NCBI GenBank assembly: GCA_049509455.1
Contig: JBEKZX010000029.1
Coordinates: 1-19,176, forward strand
Length of the DNA stretch: 19,176 bases
DNA from: Conexivisphaerales archaeon
GTDB lineage: Archaea; Thermoproteota; Nitrososphaeria; Conexivisphaerales; DTJL01
Reading direction: 5' to 3'
Shown here: positions 1 to 6,609 of the stretch, one piece after another
Numbering within the stretch: the stretch's first letter is position 1
Layout: every line of letters starts with the position of its first letter
Notes under the pieces: generated by a model
What the model saw: only the letters and a program-made list of their open reading frames with translations
What the model was told of the DNA's origin: nothing
Database searches by the model: none
Position numbers and translations under genes: made by a program

Positions 1-492
1 GCCGAGCAGGACTCCCAGCGCGACAGCGCTCACTGCGTATCCGATGGGGTTGACGAATCCCACTATGTGGGGGTGGACTTGGCCGGCGGTAAGCCCTCCG
101 CCGCCCGAAGCGGTCGAAAGGAGCCCAGTGCCTCCTATATAGCCGGCATACATCAACATCCAGGTCGCCGCGGCGACCCCCACGTTCATCAGCACGAAGT
201 GAGCCCAGGCGAGGCCGTTGCTTATTCCGGTGACCGCCTTGTGAAGCCCGTCCTCAATGAGGTGATAGAAGAGCGCGGTGACGGCCACCCCCATCACGCC
301 CACGACGAGGTATGACAGGTAGCCCACCGTTAGCCAAGTTCCGGCGCTCCCCCCGGCGATTAGCATGGTGGGGCTGGGCTTGAGTATTGGAAGGACTATG
401 AGTGCGGTGATGACGAAGGCAGCCAATCCCTGCGCTATGGCAGCATACATGAATCTGGTCGTCCACTTTCCGACTGTTTCGTTCGTAGTCAA
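1..492 (-). CDS. Multi-pass membrane protein, 3'-truncated by window edge
   Basis: Not in the ORF track because it runs off the edge. Hand translation from TTG 492: MTTNETVGKWTTRFMYAAIAQGLAAFVITALIVLPILKPSPTMLIAGGSAGTWLTVGYLSYLVVGVMGVAVTALFYHLIE...AWAHFVLMNVG...MYAGYIGG; 164 codons, no stop, several hydrophobic helices. Resembles from memory a conserved Nitrososphaerota hypothetical membrane protein (unverified). Confidence 0.85.
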   Translation of the reverse strand, partial: MTTNETVGKWTTRFMYAAIAQGLAAFVITALIVLPILKPSPTMLIAGGSAGTWLTVGYLSYLVVGVMGVAVTALFYHLIEDGLHKAVTGISNGLAWAHFVLMNVGVAAATWMLMYAGYIGGTGLLSTASGGGGLTAGQVHPHIVGFVNPIGYAVSAVALGVLLG

Positions 493-548
493 ACGTATGT
501 CATCAATAGGTGGTACTATTGAATGATATATAGCTTTAGTGATTATAA

Positions 549-572
549 ATCATGCCATGATCATGCCATGCA
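549..572. promoter_or_regulatory. 11-bp tandem repeat forming overlapping palindromes next to a TATA-like element; candidate operator
   Basis: ATCATGCCATG x2 (549-559, 560-570); ATCATG-C-CATGAT (549-561) is a perfect inverted repeat; TTATAAA at 543-549. Confidence 0.5.
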
Positions 573-719
573 TACTTCCTTGGGCACGATCCAGTAAGGT
601 AAATCATCGCATTACAGGCAGGCTGCGGCATGGATTGCTTGACTCTCGCCCGCCCAGGGGAGAGGAAGAGCAAAGGCTCTATGCCCTTTCAGCCTGGCGT
701 CGATGGAATCTGCGTCTCG

Positions 720-727
720 GATAAATA
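720..727 (+). promoter_or_regulatory. TATA-like box for sod
   Basis: GATAAATA about 25 nt upstream of ATG 751. Confidence 0.5.
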
Positions 728-750
728 CAACAGGTATGAAGGTCTTTCAA

Positions 751-1356
751 ATGTCAAAGAAGTATAGCCTACCGGATTTGCCGTACAAGTACGACGCCCT
801 CGAGCCATATATCTCCAAGGAGATCATGACTCTGCACCACGACAAGCATCACCTGGCCTATGTAAACGGGGCTAACGCCGCCTTGGACAAGCTAGAGATG
901 GGTAGGAAGAACAACTGGCAAGGGGTCGACCTCAAGGCCACAGAACGGGACCTGAGCTTCAACCTGGCCGGCCACGTCCTCCATTCGATCTTCTGGCCGA
1001 ACATGAAGTCTGGCGGCGGAGGCAAGCCGGGAGGGAAGCTCGCGGACATGATCAACTCGGATTTTGGGTCCTTCGAAGCGTTCAAGGCCCAGCTGTCCTC
1101 CGCCTCAAAGAGCGTCGAAGGCTCTGGTTGGGGCCTCCTGATCTACGACCCCACGAGTGATCAGCTCCTAACGATGCAGTCCGAGAAGCACAATCTCCTC
1201 GCCACTCAGACCTCCGTGCCCCTCCTCGTCTGCGACGTCTGGGAGCACGCATACTACCTGCAATACAAGAACGACCGCAGTGCCTACGTCGATGCCTTCT
1301 GGAACGTAATCAACTGGGAAGATGTGGACAGAAGGCTGACCAAGGCGAAGATATAG
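751..1356 (+). CDS. sod: Fe/Mn superoxide dismutase
   Basis: LPDLPYKYDALEPYIS, HHDKHH, GHVLHSIFW and DVWEHAYY motifs; ATG 751 (MSKKYSLP) preferred to the track's 703 start because it matches the family N-terminus and TATA spacing. Confidence 0.97.
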   Translation: MSKKYSLPDLPYKYDALEPYISKEIMTLHHDKHHLAYVNGANAALDKLEMGRKNNWQGVDLKATERDLSFNLAGHVLHSIFWPNMKSGGGGKPGGKLADMINSDFGSFEAFKAQLSSASKSVEGSGWGLLIYDPTSDQLLTMQSEKHNLLATQTSVPLLVCDVWEHAYYLQYKNDRSAYVDAFWNVINWEDVDRRLTKAKI

Positions 1357-1366
1357 AGGGATTCGA

Positions 1367-1416
1367 CCCGCGATTCGGCGCGGGCCCGTCAGCCCTGCGA
1401 CCTGATGCATTTTTTT
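1367..1416 (+). terminator. Putative sod terminator (hairpin then oligo-T)
   Basis: CCCGCG-ATTCGG-CGCGGG hairpin 1367-1384 and T7 tract 1410-1416. Confidence 0.55.
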
Positions 1417-1718
1417 GCTCTCCTTCACCAACGCTAGCGGCGGCCTTGGATAGCCTGTGCAGATGTGTCAAGAGAATCCCCACAACATGGTTCGAAGGTT
1501 CAAGCTCTGTGTCGTTGTCGGTTCTTCTGCGATGGCATGAGTGGGGCAGCAACTGAAGGCGTCCCAGAGCCTCCTGCTCTACTCAGACCCCAGGAACCTG
1601 ATGGCGCTCTCAAGGGAGTCCATGGGGTGCCTGTCCGCGTCCTGCCAGATAAAACGGTGTTTGGTGCCCAAAGTTGGCCCGTAACGGTTATTTTCACCTC
1701 CGCAAGGGTGATACTGCT

Positions 1719-2480
1719 ATGGAGCTAAGCCAGAAGACCCTCACCGCTCTCCAGGAGCTGGGGCTCACTGACTACGAGGTCAAGGCCTACGTTTCTCTCT
1801 TGCAGTACGGGGCCCAGACCGCTGCGGAAGTCAGCAGGCAGTCGACGGTCCCTTATTCCAAGGTCTATGACGTCCTCGGCAGATTGGAGGCGAAGGGTTG
1901 GGTAGAGAGCGACCTCAGCCGGCCCAGCCACTACTACCCCAAACCTCCCAACGTCGCGCTAGAGGCGTTCAGGATGAAAAGGGAGAGCATGTACGAGAGT
2001 TACGAGAAGATGGTCTCGGAGGAGCTCGTTCCGATCTACGAAAAGCGGGACATCAAGGAGAGGCCGGAAGTGTGGATCGTCAAGGGGGACGTGAACATCT
2101 TCGGCAAGCTCATGGAGGCCATGGGCTCCTGCCGCCAGGAGCTCATGATAGCCCTTCCAGGGGAGCTCAAGGACTTCTCCCGCGGGGCGATCTCGATAGT
2201 GAGCACGCTCCTCGACAGAGGGATATCCGTCTCCGTCCTTCTCTCCGATGAGCAGACGGCCAGGGAGATCAGGTCCTCTCTCCCAAAGGCCGAGATCAGG
2301 GTCAAGGACGGGATGTTCGGCGGGGGCCTCGTCTGTGATGCAAAGGAAGTGGTCCTCCTGCTGGGCCGCAGCGGCGAGGGGATGCCTCAAATAGCCATCT
2401 GGGCGGACCACCCCGGCCTCGCCATGTTCGGGAAGAGCTACTTCGAGTCGCTGTGGAGCACTTCGAAGGTCCTGATATAG
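1719..2480 (+). CDS. TrmB-family transcriptional regulator (wHTH plus effector-binding domain)
   Basis: LQELGLTDYEVKAYVSLL...AAEVSRQSTVPYSKVYDVLGRLEAKGWVE...RPSHYYPKPP, then a C-terminal effector domain; ATG 1719 with TTATTTT at 1688-1694. Confidence 0.93.
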   Translation: MELSQKTLTALQELGLTDYEVKAYVSLLQYGAQTAAEVSRQSTVPYSKVYDVLGRLEAKGWVESDLSRPSHYYPKPPNVALEAFRMKRESMYESYEKMVSEELVPIYEKRDIKERPEVWIVKGDVNIFGKLMEAMGSCRQELMIALPGELKDFSRGAISIVSTLLDRGISVSVLLSDEQTAREIRSSLPKAEIRVKDGMFGGGLVCDAKEVVLLLGRSGEGMPQIAIWADHPGLAMFGKSYFESLWSTSKVLI

Positions 2481-2503
2481 TCCTTCCTGGTCCGTAGTCG
2501 ACC

Positions 2504-2842
2504 TTGAATAAGTCACAGCTAGACGGCCTCACCGAGGAGCTGGCGGCCCTCCTGGAACGGGAGCCACTGGTCCTCATGGCCTGCACCTTCCTTCTCACCA
2601 GGAGCGAGGAGACCACCAAGGAGGAGCTGGCCGTGGGCATGGGGTCGTCGGACGAAGAGGTGAGGGACCTCCTTAGCCGGCTTGACGCAGACGGCCTGAC
2701 CATCAGGGGCGAGGCAGGATTCTATCCGGTGCATCCCAGCCTGGGGATCGGCAACGCGTCCAGGCTGAGCACCGCGGAGGGCCCGGCCGTGAAGGCCAGG
2801 CGCCAGAAGGTGGATTCGCCGATGCCCATCCTGGCGAGCTAA
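2504..2842 (+). CDS. Small winged-helix protein resembling the TrmB N-terminal domain
   Basis: TKEELAVGMGSSDEEVRDLLSRLDADGL...FYPVHP parallels the HTH-wing-YxPxxP pattern of the upstream TrmB; TTG start. Confidence 0.7.
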   Translation: MNKSQLDGLTEELAALLEREPLVLMACTFLLTRSEETTKEELAVGMGSSDEEVRDLLSRLDADGLTIRGEAGFYPVHPSLGIGNASRLSTAEGPAVKARRQKVDSPMPILAS

Positions 2843-2891
2843 CGCGACCACATAGAAGACAGAAGCTTCGCCACGTCGCCCAAGGAAGGGG

Positions 2892-2911
2892 GGATGACGT
2901 CTAGGTCATCC
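2892..2911. promoter_or_regulatory. 7-6-7 inverted repeat upstream of the Cas4-HAD promoter
   Basis: GGATGAC-GTCTAG-GTCATCC, about 10 nt before GATTAAAT (2921-2928). Confidence 0.4.
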
Positions 2912-2953
2912 GTTCCAAACGATTAAATGTGCGGAAGTGCCTTCGTTACGAAG

Positions 2954-4144
2954 TTGACCGACAGCGGAGGGGCCGACGAACGGAAGCTCGTGGACGCTCT
3001 CAAGGAAGGCCTGGTGTCACTTTGGCGGGAGGAGTCCGAGCAGCACGTGCGCCCTGACGGCGCCTACTACCCGAGCTCGATAGGGAGCTGCCTCCGGAAG
3101 CAGTTCTACATGTACACGGTGGAGGCGAAGCCCGACCCAGAGAAGCTCGCCGTGTTCGCCACCGGTAAGGGAATTCATGTCGCCGTCGCCGAGGCCCTTC
3201 GCAAGAGCGGTATCGTTACGGTTGACGCCGAAGAGTACCCCGTCGAGCTGAAGATCAGCGACGAAGTGCGGCTTACGGGGAGGGTGGACGTCCTCCTGGT
3301 CGAGCTGGACGGCACGAAGGTGGTGGTGGAGGTGAAGTCGACCAGCAGGATGCCAGAAAGCCCCCACGAGACCCACATCCTGCAGCTCCAAACCTACCTT
3401 CATTCGATGTCCCTCCCCCGAGGCTTCCTGCTCTACTGGGACAAGAGGACGGGCGAGACGCGGGCCTATCGGGTGGACAGGGACGAAGGATCTCTACAGA
3501 AGATCGGCGAGCGGGCGATCCTCCTGCACGAGCATCTGAAGTCGGGGAGGCCGCCCTTCAAGGAGGCCGTGGTGGAGAACCGATACTGGGAGTGCGATTT
3601 CTGCGAGTACTATGATATCTGCGCCCCCTTCGTTCTCGGCGGGATTGCGAAGGGCTCCACGATCTCCATCTTCGACGTGGATGGCGTCATGGTGGACGAT
3701 CGTGAAAGGATCGAGTCGGCGCTGTCATCGATGGGCCTTCCCCGCGACCTCAACCCTGGAGACCTGAGGGGTCCCGCGAAGGATCGGTTCGTCTCAGTCA
3801 GTTTCGAGCCGAAGCGCCTGGCCATGGACAGGCCCCTTGCTGCGAGCATCCAGATGGCGCTCGCAGACAGGAAGGCGGGGGCATTTGTGGTCCTGGTGTC
3901 GGAGCGACCCTCCTCTCTTCGAGAAAGGACGGAATCGGAACTACGGCGTTTCGACGTTCCCTTCGACGTGCTCTTGATGTTGCCTTCCGACTATGGCAAG
4001 CCGTACTTCTGGAAGACCGACACGCTTAGGCGTCTTCATGACGTTTACACGGTCAAGCGGTTTGTGGACGGCTCCTCTTATGCTCGCTCGGAGGCGGCGA
4101 AGCTGGGGATCGCTGCGGACTCCCCTCCTTCCCCGCCAGCTTAA
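2954..4144 (+). CDS. Solo Cas4-like PD-(D/E)XK Fe-S nuclease fused to a C-terminal PNKP-like HAD phosphatase
   Basis: YYPSSIGSC, GKGIH, GRVD, EVKS, QLQTY, CDFCEYYDIC (C...CX2CX5C); then IFDVDGVMVD, LVSER, FWK, FVDG. TTG 2954 preferred (TATA at 2921-2928); in-frame ATG 2927 is the alternative. Confidence 0.88.
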   Translation: MTDSGGADERKLVDALKEGLVSLWREESEQHVRPDGAYYPSSIGSCLRKQFYMYTVEAKPDPEKLAVFATGKGIHVAVAEALRKSGIVTVDAEEYPVELKISDEVRLTGRVDVLLVELDGTKVVVEVKSTSRMPESPHETHILQLQTYLHSMSLPRGFLLYWDKRTGETRAYRVDRDEGSLQKIGERAILLHEHLKSGRPPFKEAVVENRYWECDFCEYYDICAPFVLGGIAKGSTISIFDVDGVMVDDRERIESALSSMGLPRDLNPGDLRGPAKDRFVSVSFEPKRLAMDRPLAASIQMALADRKAGAFVVLVSERPSSLRERTESELRRFDVPFDVLLMLPSDYGKPYFWKTDTLRRLHDVYTVKRFVDGSSYARSEAAKLGIAADSPPSPPA

Positions 4145-4169
4145 ATAAACGAGGAGGTCATCGTAGGTC

Positions 4170-4907
4170 GTGCCTGAGATTGCCCTGATGGTGGGTAGCG
4201 GGGTCGAGAAGGCGTTCAAGGTGAGCAGGGACATCAGGATCAAGACCCCCTATGGAGTGGTGACGGCGTCGGAGCTGGAGATATTCGACATCCCCGTAAT
4301 CTTCCTCCCTCGCCACGGGCGAGAGCACAGCGTTCCGCCCCACATGATCAACTATCGGGCCAATGTCTTCGCGCTGAAGGAGGCTGGTGTGAAGGTGGTC
4401 GTCTCCACGAACGCCGTGGGAAGCCTCAGGGTCGGCATCAAGCCTGGCGACTGCGTAGTGCCCGACCAGCTCATGGATTTCACGAAGGCGAGGCCCTCCA
4501 CGTTCTTCGACGGATCCAACGGGGAGGTGGTCCACACAGATGTCACTGAGATATACTCGTCCGAAGTCAGAAAGGCCCTTATCCGCTCGTTCTCCGGGAA
4601 GAAGATGCCCCTTCACAGGAAGGGAGTTTACGTCTGCACCGAAGGGCCGCGCTACGAAACTCCGGCGGAAATCGCCATGTACAGGAAGCTGGGGGGAGAC
4701 GTGGTCGGCATGACCGGCTATCCAGAAGCGGTCTTGGCGAAGGAGCTGGGGTTGAAATACGGCACCGTCTGCGTCGTGACGAACTATGGCGCTGGAATGC
4801 AGGACCGGGTCCAGCACTCGGAGGTTGTGCGCCTGATGGACTCTGCCATGGAGGACGTCCGGCACCATATCAAGGCGACCGTCCTCCTGCTCGCCGGTTC
4901 GAAGTAG
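4170..4907 (+). CDS. MTAP/MTIP-family purine nucleoside phosphorylase, likely 6-oxopurine-preferring
   Basis: FLPRHG, INYRAN, NAVGSL, EGPRYET, VVGMT, VTNYGAG; GTG start, GAGGAGG at 4151-4157 and TTAAATA at 4141-4147. Confidence 0.93.
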   Translation: MPEIALMVGSGVEKAFKVSRDIRIKTPYGVVTASELEIFDIPVIFLPRHGREHSVPPHMINYRANVFALKEAGVKVVVSTNAVGSLRVGIKPGDCVVPDQLMDFTKARPSTFFDGSNGEVVHTDVTEIYSSEVRKALIRSFSGKKMPLHRKGVYVCTEGPRYETPAEIAMYRKLGGDVVGMTGYPEAVLAKELGLKYGTVCVVTNYGAGMQDRVQHSEVVRLMDSAMEDVRHHIKATVLLLAGSK

Positions 4908-5050
4908 GCCCTCGGAGGCCACGGGTGAGAGCCTGCTCGGGTCCATTGGTTCTTCCGTCCGATTCTCCCCAATCATCCATAATGTCGCCATGCGGAGGCC
5001 CAGAATCCGTGGCCAAACGACCTTTCGCCGGGGGGTCTTGCCGTAAGTGC

Positions 5051-5119
5051 ATAATATGTGAGTATTTACATAGGCTGCGACAAACATATTATAAATATCT
5101 TAACTGGTTACGTTTATAT
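5051..5119 (+). promoter_or_regulatory. AT-rich hdr-mvh promoter region with two TATA candidates and nested inverted repeats
   Basis: TTATAAAT 5089-5096; TTTATAT 5113-5119 (25 nt before ATG 5144); ATAATATGT (5051-5059)/ACATATTAT (5084-5092) inverted pair; TAAC-TG-GTTA 5101-5110. Confidence 0.6.
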
Positions 5120-5143
5120 TCTGCTTGGCAGATGAGTCAATGA

Positions 5144-5740
5144 ATGCCTGAACTCTCATGGTGGGACTCGAATAAGCTTTCGTTCGTCTACGAACGAATC
5201 TTGAGCCTGCCGGAGGGAAAGCGAATCTTCGAATGCATGCAGTGTGGCACCTGCGGCGGCGCTTGCCCGGTGAGCTTCGCCATGGACCGGACGCCACGGC
5301 AAATCATCAACCTGGTGAGGTCCGGGAGGATGGACGAAGCCTTGCGCAGCGAGACGATTTGGCTCTGCGCATCTTGCTACAACTGCGCCGCCCAGTGTCC
5401 CGCCGGAATCAGGATCACCGACGTGATGTACACCCTGAAGGTCGCCTCCACGGAGCTGGGGATTCACCATAAGAATTCCCTCGGCCCCATCTTCGCCAAG
5501 ACCATGGTGAAGCAGCTGGAGGCTAACGGCCGTATCTCCGAGGTGAGCTTGATCCTCGGTGTGGCTAAACACAAGCTGAGCCTCCTCACGACGCTCAATC
5601 CCTTGATCTACGTGAAGCTCTTCCTCGCCGGGCGAGTGAAGCTGCGCGGCGAGAAGGTCAAGAACATGGAACAGTTGAGGAAGATGAACGCGTGGCTTAT
5701 AGCCAGTGACTTTTCGCTTGAGGAGAAGGACCGCGTTTGA
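5144..5740 (+). CDS. hdrC: Heterodisulfide reductase subunit C
   Basis: CMQCGTCGGACP and CASCYNCAAQCP 2x[4Fe-4S] motifs with PRQII...IWLC spacing; precedes hdrB. Confidence 0.93.
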   Translation: MPELSWWDSNKLSFVYERILSLPEGKRIFECMQCGTCGGACPVSFAMDRTPRQIINLVRSGRMDEALRSETIWLCASCYNCAAQCPAGIRITDVMYTLKVASTELGIHHKNSLGPIFAKTMVKQLEANGRISEVSLILGVAKHKLSLLTTLNPLIYVKLFLAGRVKLRGEKVKNMEQLRKMNAWLIASDFSLEEKDRV

Positions 5741-6609
5741 AGACCCTCCAGTTCTTCCCCGGTTGCTCGCTTCAAGGGTTCAACACGGCCTACTACCGCA
5801 GCGCCATTACCCTCGGGAATATCATCGGGTACAAGCTGGACGAGATCGATGACTGGAACTGCTGCGGAGCCACGGCGTACTTCTCCATCTCCGAAGAAAG
5901 GACCTTCTTGGCCAACGCGAGGAACCTCGCCCTGGCTGAAAAGAAGTCCAAGGAGCTCACCGTCGCCTGCGGCGCCTGCTTCGCCTCCCTCTCCAAGACG
6001 GCCAAGTACTACACGGACTCTCGTAAGCTGGCCTACCTGATGGACAACGCCCTCAAGGAGGCGGGGATGGTTTACGACGGGAAGGTCAAGGTGCGCCACC
6101 TCCTTGAGGTGGTCTTCAACGAGTACCCCAGGGGAGAGCTCGCAGCGAAGGTCGTCAGGCCCCTCAAGGGGATCAAGATGGCGCCCTACTACGGCTGCAT
6201 GATCTTCCGGCCGGTCCCAGCACCCATCCCGCGCGACGCCCTCGAGCAGCTCATCCAGCTCGCAGGGGGAGAAGCCATCGATTTCACGGCCAAGGACAGG
6301 TGCTGCGGCGGGATGCTGGTCAACAACCGGCCCGATGTGGGCCTGGCGCTGGTGAAGGACCTGCTGTCCGAGGCGCAGCAGAAGGGCTCCCAGCTTATGA
6401 TAACCACTTGCCCCCTCTGTCAGGTGAACCTCGAGCTATACCAGGGCGCCGTGAACAGGAAGTACGGCACCGACTTCAAGATCCCCGTGATATATTTCAC
6501 CCAGATGCTGGGCTACGCCATGGGCGCTTCGGCAAAGGAGCTCATGCTGGGGAGCGAGCTGATCAACAGCCTCCCCGTGCTGCAGGGAGCAAGGGTGTCC
6601 AAGAATTGA
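5737..6609 (+). CDS. hdrB: Heterodisulfide reductase subunit B (two CCG domains)
   Basis: FPGCS, DWNCCGA, ACGAC; YYGC, CCGG, TCPLCQVNL; TTGA overlap with the hdrC stop. Confidence 0.95.
   Translation: MKTLQFFPGCSLQGFNTAYYRSAITLGNIIGYKLDEIDDWNCCGATAYFSISEERTFLANARNLALAEKKSKELTVACGACFASLSKTAKYYTDSRKLAYLMDNALKEAGMVYDGKVKVRHLLEVVFNEYPRGELAAKVVRPLKGIKMAPYYGCMIFRPVPAPIPRDALEQLIQLAGGEAIDFTAKDRCCGGMLVNNRPDVGLALVKDLLSEAQQKGSQLMITTCPLCQVNLELYQGAVNRKYGTDFKIPVIYFTQMLGYAMGASAKELMLGSELINSLPVLQGARVSKN

Noticed and set aside
1469-1624. Amber read-through ferredoxin (MDSLESAIRFLGSE*SRRLWDAFSCCPTHAI, minus strand)
   Set aside because: Only CPxxAI resembles ferredoxin; no CxxCxxC and no pyrrolysine machinery seen.
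2954-4144. CRISPR-Cas adaptation locus
   Set aside because: No cas1, cas2, effector genes or repeat-spacer array in the window; treated as solo Cas4-like.
4908-5050. Structured RNA or small gene after the phosphorylase
   Set aside because: Only an 8-bp inverted pair (GGCCACGG/CCGTGGCC) and unconvincing ORFs; no SRP or RNase P signature.
4158-5087. 309-aa minus ORF and other long antisense or alternate-frame ORFs (e.g. 10631-11419, 1959-2516, 13213-13770)
   Set aside because: Shadows of motif-supported genes in GC-rich DNA; no recognisable domains.
6300-6605. N-terminal extensions in the track (hdrA 6300, mvhD 8360, mvhA 9650, protease 11811, AIRS 12712, sod 703, trmB 1674)
   Set aside because: They overlap upstream genes or promoters; family N-termini begin at the downstream starts given.
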